Counted from the first letter of the stretch, positions 1 through 10,200 are shown. The stretch: DNA of 64,000 nucleotides from Ignavibacteriota bacterium (GCA_022616555.1 JAKEEG010000091.1:1016-65015); one strand, 5' to 3'. Notes: generated by a model not told the origin, from the letters alone. A program made the numbers and translations.

Positions 1-332
1 TAGGTTGCAGGGTCGATATCCACGTACACAGGTTTCGCACCCAAAAGCGCGATGGTTTCCGTAGTTGCAACAAATGTAAACGGGGTCGTGATCACCTCAT
101 CTCCCGGACCGATGTTTAGCGCCATTAAGGCAATTTGCAGCGCATCAGTGCCCGACGCGCAACCAATGGCATGCTTGACGCCGAAATACTTCGCGACATT
201 CATTTCAAAGTCCGTGACCTCTTTACCCAAGATATAATGCCCCGACTCCAGCACGCGTAGGACGGCAGCATCGATTTCCGGTTTAATCTTTTTATACTGT
301 GTAACAACATCAACCATCTGGATATTCATCAT
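1..332 (-). CDS. DegT/DnrJ/EryC1/StrS family sugar aminotransferase (5' part; runs off the window edge)
   Basis: Manual translation: MMNIQMVDVVTQYKKIKPEIDAAVLRVLESGHYILG...CASGTDALQIALMALNIGPGDEVITTPFTFVAT. ATGA overlap with the stop of the upstream gene. Confidence 0.9.
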   Translation of the reverse strand, partial: MMNIQMVDVVTQYKKIKPEIDAAVLRVLESGHYILGKEVTDFEMNVAKYFGVKHAIGCASGTDALQIALMALNIGPGDEVITTPFTFVATTETIALLGAKPVYVDIDPAT

Positions 333-1741
333 GCGTGGCCTTTCCCGCGCAACATGACATACATCGTATTAAACAGGATTTTCAAATCTAACCGCCAGGA
401 GAGGTTTTCAATATAGAAGAGGTCGTATTTCACCTTCACGCGCACGTCTTCAATGGACTCGTCATATTTGAGCTTCACCTGCGCCCAGCCGGTAATACCC
501 GGACGAACTTTCAGACGACGTTTGTAAAGCGGAAGTTCCTTTGTCAATTTTTCAACAAAAAAAGGGCGCTCGGGGCGGGGGCCTACGACACTCATGTCAC
601 CTTTCAGAACATTGATGAATTGAGGCATTTCATCGATATGCGTTTTGCGAATGAGCCTCCCGACACGCGTTACTCGTGGGTCGTTTTTCCCTGCCCAGAC
701 CGGACCCGATTGTTTTTCCGCGTCTGATGTCATCGAACGAAATTTGTAAATGAAAAACGATTTACTATTTCTGCCAACCCGCTCTTGTTTGTAAAACACG
801 GGGCCACGCGTATCGAGCTTGATCAGCAATGCCACAAGAATCCAAAGTGGGAAACCGAGAACAAGAATCAACAACGACACAGCAATATCGAACGCCCGCT
901 TGAGGGCGGCTTCCCACGGTTTCAGAAGCTCTGGGCTGACTTCAATTAGCGGTACTCCGTAAATCGAGCTCATACGAGCTTGTCCGCTTACAATATCGTA
1001 TAAGTCGGGGATAATTTTCATTCCAACTTCTTCTCCGTCACAAGCACGAATAACCTCAAGCAATTTATCGTGCTCGGTCGAGTCGAGTCCAATTAGCACT
1101 TCGCGCACGTTGCGTTGACGCATGAGGGTCGGGAGCTTCTCCAGGGCGCCTAACACGCGGATGCTTTGATATTCTTGTTTCTTGCCGCTCTTCGTCTTGC
1201 CCTTGCTCACGCTGACGAAGCCTATAAGCTTGTAGCCAAGAGCAGGAGATTTTAACACCATATCACAAAGCTCGAAAGCTTTTTTCGACCAGCCGATGAT
1301 CAGCGTATTTCGTGCGCCGATACCGGACTCAAGTAAACGCCGCTGCATAGCCCTGATGACGAGCCGCCCAGCGGAGACAAAGATGAAAAGCGTTAACCAA
1401 TATGCTGCGATAATTAGTCGATTCGTTTGTTGCGAACCCGTTGATGAATCATCGATGAAAATAATGAAAAAGAGAAACAACACCCCAACGCCCGTTGTGC
1501 GAAAAATCGTTATCACTTCATCAAGGCGGGATTTCGCATACCACGATTGATAGAGACCGAAAAACCCGAACCACATTAGCCAATACACGTAGACAGCAAT
1601 CATCGGAAGCCACAATTCGGGCTCAATGGGATAATCAACCCATCCGCTCCGCACTCTCAACAGATAGTAAGCGTAATAAGCCGCATTGGCGGTTAGGAAA
1701 TCAACCAAAAAAGAGAATATGCGTTCAGCGCGCTTGGACAT
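329..1741 (-). CDS. Priming glycosyltransferase (undecaprenyl-phosphate sugar phosphotransferase, WcaJ/WbaP family)
   Basis: N-terminal TM helices and a C-terminal Bac_transf domain (KRAFD, KFRSM, DPRVTRVG, DEMPQ, GDMSVVGPRPE, PGITGWAQV). Confidence 0.93.
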   Translation of the reverse strand: MSKRAERIFSFLVDFLTANAAYYAYYLLRVRSGWVDYPIEPELWLPMIAVYVYWLMWFGFFGLYQSWYAKSRLDEVITIFRTTGVGVLFLFFIIFIDDSSTGSQQTNRLIIAAYWLTLFIFVSAGRLVIRAMQRRLLESGIGARNTLIIGWSKKAFELCDMVLKSPALGYKLIGFVSVSKGKTKSGKKQEYQSIRVLGALEKLPTLMRQRNVREVLIGLDSTEHDKLLEVIRACDGEEVGMKIIPDLYDIVSGQARMSSIYGVPLIEVSPELLKPWEAALKRAFDIAVSLLILVLGFPLWILVALLIKLDTRGPVFYKQERVGRNSKSFFIYKFRSMTSDAEKQSGPVWAGKNDPRVTRVGRLIRKTHIDEMPQFINVLKGDMSVVGPRPERPFFVEKLTKELPLYKRRLKVRPGITGWAQVKLKYDESIEDVRVKVKYDLFYIENLSWRLDLKILFNTMYVMLRGKGHA

Positions 1742-1750
1742 AATGTTGCT

Positions 1751-2419
1751 TCAGCTACGTTCACGATTTGCGGAGTAAGCAACAACACAAAATAGTTTGC
1801 CCACAGAATGAATTTCAAATCGCTGGAAGCCGGCTTCGCGCAACACGGCGACAAGTTTTTTCTTCGTGTAGAAATAGACTGGGCAACCTCTCAGCCCCAG
1901 CCGAATTTTTCGGACAGGCGCCCGCCACGTCCAGAACCGTGGAAAGGAAAGAATTACTCTATCAGTCGTGACCTGTTTCATTTTTTGCAGTACTGGTACC
2001 GCATCCTGAATATAGTCAAACAGTCCGATGCCGATAGAAATATCAAATATATCATTCACGGCATATTCCAACAAATCACTTTGTATAAACGAGCATCGGT
2101 CCTGTACGCCTTTCGCAGTCGCAAATTGCGTGCAGAGTTCTAACATATTCTTAGCGATATCAATGCCGGTGACATGCTTCGCTCCCCTGAGCGCAAATTC
2201 CACTGCATAAAGACCGTTTCCGCAGCCGACATCAAGAAAAGTCCTGTTTTCAATAGGTGCTGAATGCTCAAGCGTAAACAAAAACCGCTCATACATATCT
2301 TTCCTAAAGAATTTATCCAGCCAAACGGACAAAGGGGATTTTTCGTGCGAGTAGATTTTTTGAAATGAATCCGCTTCGCTATCCCAGTAGGTCATTTGTG
2401 TTTTGATTTCAGACTTCAT
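1751..2419 (-). CDS. Class I SAM-dependent methyltransferase
   Basis: FLDVGCGNG motif I followed by VTGIDI; lies inside the polysaccharide operon. Confidence 0.85.
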   Translation of the reverse strand: MKSEIKTQMTYWDSEADSFQKIYSHEKSPLSVWLDKFFRKDMYERFLFTLEHSAPIENRTFLDVGCGNGLYAVEFALRGAKHVTGIDIAKNMLELCTQFATAKGVQDRCSFIQSDLLEYAVNDIFDISIGIGLFDYIQDAVPVLQKMKQVTTDRVILSFPRFWTWRAPVRKIRLGLRGCPVYFYTKKKLVAVLREAGFQRFEIHSVGKLFCVVAYSANRERS

Positions 2420-3236
2420 TCCTTAATACCTCCCGTACAGTCGTAAATCGAAAATCATTCAGGAGCTTTCTCATTTTTTTCTCAGTATGCTCAAGGCCAT
2501 AATAATGCCGAATACGTTTAGAGAACGGCAAGCGTACCCGCGGCTGACCGGGGTCCAATTCCCACGGGTGGATATAAAAAATAACCGGTCGCCCCTGTGC
2601 GTTGCATTGGCGCAGCGCTTGTTGCGTGTAGAGATACGGCGCCAGTCTCAAATAAGCGCCGCCACAACAAGGCAGTCTCTGTCCGAACATTTCCGCACAC
2701 GATAGCGGGAACTCCACCAATGACGGCGTAACTTGATACGGCGCCAGCGGGGCATCCGAAATACCGTAATCAGGGTGAAACCCAATTGGGAACACCGAAG
2801 AATCGTACCAAAACCCTTGTTGTTCGAGAATCGGGAAAGCCCACATCGTTTGCTTGGTAATGCTGAACGACGGAGCGCGAAAACCCCCCAAATGCTGTTT
2901 CACTCCACACTGGCGCACGGCTTCCACCGCCCTCTGCAGGTCCATGCTAAATTCATCCCTGCTAATCTTCGTCAGTTGGAGATGATAATAACCGTGAATG
3001 CCTATTTCATGTCCTTGCTGTTCAATTTCGCGAAGCAAATGTGGAACACGTTCGGCAACCCACCCTAATGCAAAAAATGTCGCCTTCACATTCGATGCCT
3101 CAAAAAGATTCAATAGCCGATGGGTGTTCTGTTCGACGCGAAGCTCGCACCGGTGCCATTGTTCCCGCGGGATCTTCTCGTTAAGATTGGATACGCAGAA
3201 CCAATCTTCGAGGTCAACGGTCATGGCGTTATTCAT
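2409..3236 (-). CDS. Polysaccharide deacetylase (DUF3473 / XrtA-system-associated type)
   Basis: TVDLEDWF, ATFFALGWVAE, HEIGIHGYYH, FRAPSFS, YIHPWELDP. Start moved to ATG 3236 (TAATG overlap with the upstream glycosyltransferase). Confidence 0.9.
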   Translation of the reverse strand: MNNAMTVDLEDWFCVSNLNEKIPREQWHRCELRVEQNTHRLLNLFEASNVKATFFALGWVAERVPHLLREIEQQGHEIGIHGYYHLQLTKISRDEFSMDLQRAVEAVRQCGVKQHLGGFRAPSFSITKQTMWAFPILEQQGFWYDSSVFPIGFHPDYGISDAPLAPYQVTPSLVEFPLSCAEMFGQRLPCCGGAYLRLAPYLYTQQALRQCNAQGRPVIFYIHPWELDPGQPRVRLPFSKRIRHYYGLEHTEKKMRKLLNDFRFTTVREVLRNEV

Positions 3237-4402
3237 TAGGATCTCTTGTGATTCAGGAGCGGTTGCATTGCATTGAGAAAGCGGTCGGCGAGAAGATCCC
3301 ATGTATACGTCGAGAGCACCAACTGCCTACCATGCTCGATTCTCTTTTGCTTTTCTGTTGGGTCATCCAAAATCGAGCGGATTTGGTCCATAACTTCTTC
3401 TAGTGTGTCCGCGTAATAAAATATCTCTCCGCGCTCATCAATGCGCAGTAATCCAAACAATCTAGTGGAAACAATCGGCTTACCGTTAATTAAGTACTCG
3501 AACACCTTGATAGGAGACGCAGCATGAGCGATCTCTCCCTTTTTTCGTAAGTTGAGACAAACCTGCATTTCCGAAATATACTTCATCGCCTGTGGATGCG
3601 GTACCGCACCTGTGAGCACTACGTTATTCAATTGCTTCTTGACAACGAGTTCTTTAATCCGAGGGAAATCACGCCCGGCTCCCACAAACAGGAATGCGCA
3701 ATCGTTCATCCGTTCGGCGACGGTAAGCATCAAATCCAAATCAATCGAATATTCGAATGCACCTACATATCCCACGACAGGCTTGGACTTGTTCACACGC
3801 AGCTCCGTTGTCTCACGAAATTCAGCAGGAACATCAGCACCGTTGGAGATAACAATTTTCGAGTTATTCTGGATTTTTTCTTCTAAAACTTTCGAAACAG
3901 CCACCACGAGAGAGGATTTCTCAAACATCTTACGGAGCATCCAAACGCTCAATCGCGAGAGAATGTTTGTAGGCGAAATTTGTAACTCATGCTGCAACAT
4001 TGATACATAATCATCTGCATAATCAAAAACGATCGGCATGGAATTTCCGAGCGTATAGAGATATAGCGGGAAATTGTTCAGGATCAACACATCGGGTTGA
4101 TGCACCCTGATAAGGTATCGAAGTACGAAAAATGTTTTTATCGTGTAGAAAGCCTTCTTGAAAATTTTATCCACCGGGAATTTTGTATTCCAGAACCAGG
4201 GAGAAATGGGCACAGTGTGCAAGACGATGTTTTTATGTACTTGCGCCGGGATTTCTATGTAATTTGTTTCTTCGGACTCCCGGGGAGGAGGCTGAATGAC
4301 AATGACCGTATGACCCTTTTCCGCAAACTTCTTAAACAGGTGATGCCATCGGGAATGGTTGGCCGAATTCCACCGCGCCATATAGGGAAAAATAATTTTC
4401 AT
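3236..4402 (-). CDS. GT4 family glycosyltransferase
   Basis: GT-B features: VGYVGAF, SPIKVFEYLINGKPIVST. Confidence 0.88.
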   Translation of the reverse strand: MKIIFPYMARWNSANHSRWHHLFKKFAEKGHTVIVIQPPPRESEETNYIEIPAQVHKNIVLHTVPISPWFWNTKFPVDKIFKKAFYTIKTFFVLRYLIRVHQPDVLILNNFPLYLYTLGNSMPIVFDYADDYVSMLQHELQISPTNILSRLSVWMLRKMFEKSSLVVAVSKVLEEKIQNNSKIVISNGADVPAEFRETTELRVNKSKPVVGYVGAFEYSIDLDLMLTVAERMNDCAFLFVGAGRDFPRIKELVVKKQLNNVVLTGAVPHPQAMKYISEMQVCLNLRKKGEIAHAASPIKVFEYLINGKPIVSTRLFGLLRIDERGEIFYYADTLEEVMDQIRSILDDPTEKQKRIEHGRQLVLSTYTWDLLADRFLNAMQPLLNHKRS

Positions 4403-4408
4403 GTAGTG

Positions 4409-5611
4409 CTATTCCTGTACAACCGCTTTCCTGGCTTGGAGATATACTTTCTCAAATTCTTCTGCGATACGTTCCCAGCGATAGTGGCTAACCGCAAGCC
4501 GATAAGCGTTCTCGGCGAGTTTCTTCCGGAGCGGGGAATTTCTCAGAAGCCTTACCACCTGCGAAGCGAATTGTTGTTCAGTATCAGCAACCAGAAGATG
4601 CTCGTTATCTTTTCCGAGAATACCTTCGCATCCGATGGAGGTTGAAACAACGGGGACGCCCATGGCAAAGCTTTCTACAATCTTGAGCCGCATCCCGCCA
4701 CCAATCCTCAGCGGAACAACGGCTAATTCGTACCGCTGCAGTTCATCTTTGATATCCGGGACAAATCCGCGAATAACTATCTGCCGGCTGTTCATCTGTT
4801 GCACATTTGGCGGGATGTTCTTGCCAATGATATGCAATACCGAGTCGGGCTGTTCCTGTTGAATTTTTGGAAAAATTCCGGAAAGAAACCACATCAGAGC
4901 GTCCTTGTTAGGAAGCCAAGCAAAATTCCCAACCAAAGCAATCGATGATGGCAATTTATCCTGCACAGATGGAGACTCGAAATAACGCTCCTCCACACCC
5001 GCCGGAATTGTATGTGTCTTGACGTTCGGATTAAGCTGCCGCAGCCGCAATGTGTCGTTTTCGGTTATTGTGCAGCACATATCGAACTGCGCTGTCATCT
5101 TCGCTTCGAACGCACGAATTCTGCGTGCCTGCATATCCAACCATTGGCGGAATACCGGCGTGTGATTGTTCTCTGCGTAACGCTCCAGTATTGCACTCTC
5201 AACATTGTGCTCGCGCAACACGATGGGTAAACCAAACTGTTGCTTGCAATAAACCCCGTATGGCGACATGTGTAAATGGTCAACGTGAACAACGTCAAAC
5301 GTTTGCGACGCCAATATGTTGCGCAGCGAGTCCAGGTATAGCGGCGATACATATTTCTGGATATTGTAAGACATATCTGAAAAAAGATTCTTCAATGCCG
5401 CAAAAACGTTATTCTTATTGGAATGTGGCACAGTAACCAATTCGCATACATCTTCGAGAGGTTTTCGCTCCTCCGCCCGCGTTTGCTCTAGCGCGAGCAT
5501 CGTAATCTGATGACCGCGCTTGGCGAGATGCTTCGTTATGTTAAATATACCAACTTTTCCCCCGTCTGTGAGAGGATAAGGAACTTGTGGGGAGAGCTGG
5601 AGAATATTCAT
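4409..5611 (-). CDS. GT4 family glycosyltransferase
   Basis: PYPLTDGG, EHNVES, VPLRIGGGMRLKIVESFAMGVPVVSTSIGCEG. Confidence 0.9.
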   Translation of the reverse strand: MNILQLSPQVPYPLTDGGKVGIFNITKHLAKRGHQITMLALEQTRAEERKPLEDVCELVTVPHSNKNNVFAALKNLFSDMSYNIQKYVSPLYLDSLRNILASQTFDVVHVDHLHMSPYGVYCKQQFGLPIVLREHNVESAILERYAENNHTPVFRQWLDMQARRIRAFEAKMTAQFDMCCTITENDTLRLRQLNPNVKTHTIPAGVEERYFESPSVQDKLPSSIALVGNFAWLPNKDALMWFLSGIFPKIQQEQPDSVLHIIGKNIPPNVQQMNSRQIVIRGFVPDIKDELQRYELAVVPLRIGGGMRLKIVESFAMGVPVVSTSIGCEGILGKDNEHLLVADTEQQFASQVVRLLRNSPLRKKLAENAYRLAVSHYRWERIAEEFEKVYLQARKAVVQE

Positions 5612-5654
5612 TTTTAATTAGTGCTTAACTTACTTTTTTTGCAAAACTTGAAGA

Positions 5655-6908
5655 TCAAGCACTTATGGCGCCAAATGTTTTCCATGTTCCCGGGCTACCA
5701 GCTGTAACACATACCCAACCTATAGTGCCACCGGCAGATGGCGTAGTGTTATAAATAACATCACCTCTCGTCCATGTTCCTGATCCAGGGGACGCAGTTC
5801 CATAGAATATTCGGACACCATTCGTAATAAGGCCTACACGTTCTGTATCAAGACGCGTTTTACATGTCACACCACTGCCATCCAAATGAATAACAGAGCT
5901 CCCACTGCTATAAGAAATGAATGTATTTCCACCAGTTGGCAACATTGTCTGATTTATTGTTACTGTAGCTCCAGTTTGAACTATCATGTTATAACTATCC
6001 CGTGGTGTAACAAAATTTTCAAATCGACAGCCATTTAAAGATACCTTGGATGCCTCAAACCACAAATACGCTCGAGTACCACCGGTAACACCATCGATAT
6101 CATATGTTCGGAATCCATTTACAACCCCCTCTGTGTACAAAAACTGTAAAACCTCTCCGGTAACATCTTCAGTTCCACAACCATTTAATGTAATTCCGTG
6201 ACAAACATCAAACTTGTAGGCTGCAGTTGTAATGTGGTCACTGCCACAACTATTGAAGGTCGAGTAAACAAGTCCGTAAATATCATACCCGATAGAACTG
6301 GTGTTCGCAAAAACACGTGTTGCTGTCAAAGTCGTGCCAGTTCCTGCGTTAGATCCATCGTTTGCATACTTCAACGCACTAGTACAAGTAAAAACTTCAA
6401 ACGCTTCTATAATTGTCAGCCATGAATCGTAAGTAAAGAAACCAAAGTTACAGTCGATAGAAATAACGTTTCTTATCGTAAGGTAAGCAGTCCTTGGGGC
6501 ATAAATTGCATATGTATTGTCCGTTGTATGTCCCTGCAGGGTAAGGTTCTCAATGATGATATTGTACCCATAATCGTTATCAGGGTGATCAATGCTAAGC
6601 AGGCTGTCAACAACAAAAGAATCTGTTACCGTTCCTCCACGAGCGGCTCGATTGGGAGTTGAACCGTTTGTATTAGTCGTTTTCTTTATAATCGTACCTC
6701 TGCAATTATTGCCGGTGAGACTTATACGGCCGTTTACGGGTAAGCGCAGAGGAGAAGTAATTTTATACGTTCCATCGGGAAAATATACTACACCATTAGT
6801 ACTCGCAGCTGCATTTATAGCATTCTGTATACTTGTTGTGTCATCCGTCATTCCGTTGCCTGCAGCCGAGTAATCTGTCTTTACGTTATATACATTGAAC
6901 GTTCCCAT
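5655..6908 (-). CDS. Right-handed beta-helix protein (Pectate_lyase_3 / tailspike-like), putative polysaccharide depolymerase
   Basis: N-terminal NVKTDYSAAGNGMTDDTTSIQNAINAA..VVYFPDGTY motif; Asn/Thr/Gly-rich coils; C-terminal GTWTRGDVIYNTTPSAGGTIGWVCVTAGSPGTWKTFG; no signal peptide. Confidence 0.8.
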   Translation of the reverse strand: MGTFNVYNVKTDYSAAGNGMTDDTTSIQNAINAAASTNGVVYFPDGTYKITSPLRLPVNGRISLTGNNCRGTIIKKTTNTNGSTPNRAARGGTVTDSFVVDSLLSIDHPDNDYGYNIIIENLTLQGHTTDNTYAIYAPRTAYLTIRNVISIDCNFGFFTYDSWLTIIEAFEVFTCTSALKYANDGSNAGTGTTLTATRVFANTSSIGYDIYGLVYSTFNSCGSDHITTAAYKFDVCHGITLNGCGTEDVTGEVLQFLYTEGVVNGFRTYDIDGVTGGTRAYLWFEASKVSLNGCRFENFVTPRDSYNMIVQTGATVTINQTMLPTGGNTFISYSSGSSVIHLDGSGVTCKTRLDTERVGLITNGVRIFYGTASPGSGTWTRGDVIYNTTPSAGGTIGWVCVTAGSPGTWKTFGAISA

Positions 6909-7093
6909 TGTGAATCTCCATGTGGTTATTTTTTTGTAGCGGACTATTTTTCGGGCTTCACAAGAGGGCTAAAATTGTTAGCAAACTTAGCCGTAATCGC
7001 GGTTACGTAATAGGAATGCTTAGCAACCTCTACCTCCTCCAAAAAAAATTAGCCCCAACAGCGATAGCATATATGATACCATTTTTTAAAACA

Positions 7094-7747
7094 TTAGAAT
7101 CGATTTTTTCTCGCAAAAACAAAATCTGCAAACCCCAAAATATCCCAAAATACACTTCCCGGTACATACCCTTGAGTTATTTTGGTGAAAACAATTTTTA
7201 CTGGAGTAAGTAGAACCCGTAGCCAATCCCTCCTGACGCCACTCTTCAATACTTGGAATTTATTCTCAGGGAGGATAGAACTAATTTCTTCAACAGTAAA
7301 TATTCTGCAATGCGTCGGGTCGTCATAGAAATTCAACGTGTCTCTTTTACTAGGGAATCGCGTGCTCCGTTTAGAAGGGAATTCGACATAGATAAACCCT
7401 CCGGATTTTAACTTATTCAATAGTAATCGAAGTACTTCATCCCCGTTATGTAGATGCTCAATTACATGTGACATTATGATAACATCAAAAAAATTTTCTG
7501 GAATCAATGTAAAATCGAGCACTGTAAGATCGAGCTCATAAAACTCGGTCATCGCCTCAAAATCCGATGCGTCATTATTGTAGGATTTTTCTTTGTCGAT
7601 TCCATAATAATCACATAAAGGGAACCATTGCTTGGTTATTGTAGCTGAATGGCTTCCAGCCCCAACATCTAACAATGAAAACTTCCTTCCGCTGTATATT
7701 TTCCGCAGTTCTTTAAAACGTGTCGGGACTAATACTGACATATTCAT
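7094..7747 (-). CDS. Class I SAM-dependent methyltransferase
   Basis: LLDVGAGS, FDVIIMSHVIEHL, LKSGGFIYVEFP, DDPTH. Confidence 0.85.
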   Translation of the reverse strand: MNMSVLVPTRFKELRKIYSGRKFSLLDVGAGSHSATITKQWFPLCDYYGIDKEKSYNNDASDFEAMTEFYELDLTVLDFTLIPENFFDVIIMSHVIEHLHNGDEVLRLLLNKLKSGGFIYVEFPSKRSTRFPSKRDTLNFYDDPTHCRIFTVEEISSILPENKFQVLKSGVRRDWLRVLLTPVKIVFTKITQGYVPGSVFWDILGFADFVFARKNRF

Positions 7748-7869
7748 TATCTTTCTTTTACGCGATTACAGATATTCTCAAAAAAAGCCAACCCGCTTCT
7801 CTTAGCAGGAACAGGGAGTTTCTTACCACACACCCATGAAAGCCTTAAAATATATTGTGATTTTTCGAA

Positions 7870-8301
7870 CTAACGTTCATTGAACGTAAAGAGCCAAGCC
7901 AAAGCATAGACGGCGATTCTTAGAACGACGCCAATCTGCTTTAACAAAATGGTCGAAGCTTGGCTTAAACCGCTTCCAATGCTCTCTACATCATTGATGA
8001 ATCGAATACCATCAATTACAACGTCGTTTACGATCTGCTTTTGAGATGTATTATCCGGAATATCGTTATTAATTTCTATCAAAGGGGCGCTTGATGATAG
8101 ACTACTTCCTTTTTTAATTACGGTCCCGCGTCCCAAAATAGTTATTTGCCGTTGCCTCAAATACACCGTTGAATTCAGTGTATAATCTCGATTAAGGAAA
8201 AGGATAACCCCTCTCTCCAGATCGTCAAAAATCTCTTGTAGGTCGTCAGGATCCAGTTCTTCTGTAGCATATTTATTCTCTATGGCATAGTGGACCTCCA
8301 T
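7870..8301 (-). pseudogene. Short ORF resembling the N-terminus of a beta-helix protein; probably truncated
   Basis: LQEIFD..GVILFLNRDYTLNSTVYL..ITILGRGTVIKK..DVVIDGIRF parallels the start of the 5655-6908 protein (..ISLTGNNCRGTIIKK..NIIIENLTL), then ends after 143 aa. Confidence 0.45.
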
Positions 8302-8414
8302 GCAGTTTACTAGTGGTAGTGAATTGTTTTATGAGCATGCAGATCAAACTGACTAAATAGTTATTTTAGCCATAATCGCGATTCTGGGAATAGGTACCCA
8401 TTGTCTGCACCTCC

Positions 8415-9278
8415 TCACTTTTCAGCTTTTTCACTATGGCTCAACAACACGTCTCGATCAAAGCCTGGGCTTAAGTAATTGGTATCAACCATCGTCGCAA
8501 TAGTCGGGATAGGAGCCCATATCCTCCACCTTCTGCCAAATAAGATTTGACCAGAGCAAAAGAGCCAAGCTTTAACGAGTATCTTAAACAACAGCATATT
8601 TGTAAACAAATATTTGATGAAAAGCACTGGATTAAACACCCTGAACTTGGTAAGGCTTAGCCCTATGCTCGCGTCATAATTATTTTTGGTATAAGTCTGA
8701 AAAACATTTCTAGTTTTCTGTAATGTCGTTTTCGTTGTTAAAAACGTCAAGCAAGTCGAATTAACTGTTCGCCAATGTCTAGCTCCAAATGCTCGTGTCT
8801 CGTTGGAATGGTGGTGCAAATCAAGTGTATAATTATCAGGGTGGTCAAACGGCGTGACAATGTGTGCGTCAGGATTATTTTGTAAGAACTGCACCATCTC
8901 GGAAAATTGATTTGGCAAGTAATAGTAGTCATCTTCTGCAAAATATACCAACTCCGATAAATTTTGGTTTGACAAAATATCAAGCTGCATATTGAATGTT
9001 CCCGCGTTGCCTGTCTTTGACAAAGGAACTAATTCTAAGTCCTCCTCACGAAAATACTGTTTGAACAACGCCTGATATTCCTCTGGGCAGTTATCAAGCA
9101 ATACCCACATTTTTACTTTCAAATTGCCGAGCGAGTCTTTGAATGATTTCAGGCAAACCTCCGACAACTTGTACTTATTATCGCTGAAGATAATTGGAGT
9201 CTTAGATACTCCGGGGTAAATCCGATACGCGATGGCGACATCGTATTTAGACATATTTGAAATAGAGGCAGTCACCAA
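8415..9278 (-). CDS. GT-A fold (GT2-like) glycosyltransferase
   Basis: VLLDNC and YFAEDDYYY (DxD-like) motifs; position in the locus. Confidence 0.75.
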   Translation of the reverse strand: MVTASISNMSKYDVAIAYRIYPGVSKTPIIFSDNKYKLSEVCLKSFKDSLGNLKVKMWVLLDNCPEEYQALFKQYFREEDLELVPLSKTGNAGTFNMQLDILSNQNLSELVYFAEDDYYYLPNQFSEMVQFLQNNPDAHIVTPFDHPDNYTLDLHHHSNETRAFGARHWRTVNSTCLTFLTTKTTLQKTRNVFQTYTKNNYDASIGLSLTKFRVFNPVLFIKYLFTNMLLFKILVKAWLFCSGQILFGRRWRIWAPIPTIATMVDTNYLSPGFDRDVLLSHSEKAEK

Positions 9279-10183
9279 GATTTCACGAAGGCTTTAAGGT
9301 AGGATTTTGACTTTTGCAGCCATCGTACGTCAAACGTGAGCAATCCAGAAACAAAATACACCACTACCCTCAGTCCAATTCCAACATACTTCAATACTAC
9401 GGCCATAAACAGCTGAAACCCTCCAAAATGTTTACGAAGGAACAATAGCTGCGTTGAATGAAGCTGGTCAACGTATTTTTCCGTGCTCTCGATTGAGCTG
9501 CCGCCATAATGAATTACCCTCGCTTCAGGCACAAAATACGTTTGCAGACCAAGTTGATGTGCGCGGAAGCAAAAATCTACCTCCTCGTTATACATAAAGA
9601 ACTGCTCATCGAGCAGTCCGATTTTTTCGAACATATCCCTGCGGATCATCATAAACGCGCCCATCACCACATCCACGCGCCTCGCTGTTTCGTGGTCGAA
9701 ATAGGTCATGTAGTATGAGCCGAAAAGCGTTGTACGTGGATACAGTTTGTAAAGAAAAAAACTTTCTGAAAATAAATTCCACACAGAGGGAAAGCTTCTG
9801 CATGAATACTGAAGCGTTCCGTCGGCATTCAGCAGTTTACATCCCACGATCGAAGTATCAGGGTGCTTCTCCATAAATTTGACGATTGTATCAATCGCTC
9901 CGTCAAGAATTTTTGTGTCTGAATTGAGCAGAAGAATATATCTGCCTGCAGCTATTCGTATCGCCTGATTATTTGCAGCTGCAAACCCCTTGTTCTCCGA
10001 GTTAAGGATTTTCTTTGCCTGCGGGAAATCCTTTTCAAGCATTTCTATGCTTCCATCGGTAGAATTGTTGTCTACGACTATAACCTCAAACGAAATCTCC
10101 TTTGTTTCAGAGTAAACGGACGAAAGACATTCGAAGAGAAGCTGCTTGGTATTATAACTGACAACAATGACAGTGAGATCCAT
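9272..10183 (-). CDS. GT2 glycosyltransferase (WbbL-like, possible rhamnosyltransferase)
   Basis: IVVSYN, VVDNNSTDGS, NKGFAAANN, LLLNSD, GAFMMIRR, FFMYNEEVDFC. Confidence 0.9.
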   Translation of the reverse strand: MDLTVIVVSYNTKQLLFECLSSVYSETKEISFEVIVVDNNSTDGSIEMLEKDFPQAKKILNSENKGFAAANNQAIRIAAGRYILLLNSDTKILDGAIDTIVKFMEKHPDTSIVGCKLLNADGTLQYSCRSFPSVWNLFSESFFLYKLYPRTTLFGSYYMTYFDHETARRVDVVMGAFMMIRRDMFEKIGLLDEQFFMYNEEVDFCFRAHQLGLQTYFVPEARVIHYGGSSIESTEKYVDQLHSTQLLFLRKHFGGFQLFMAVVLKYVGIGLRVVVYFVSGLLTFDVRWLQKSKSYLKAFVKSW

Positions 10184-10200
10184 TCGGAAGCGCTAGGTCA

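Noticed and set aside
6935..7040. Minus-strand GGTAGAGGTTGC...CGCTAC resembling the ends of a lysine riboswitch
   Set aside because: Too short, internal helices and conserved motifs are missing, and the context (beta-helix gene) does not fit.
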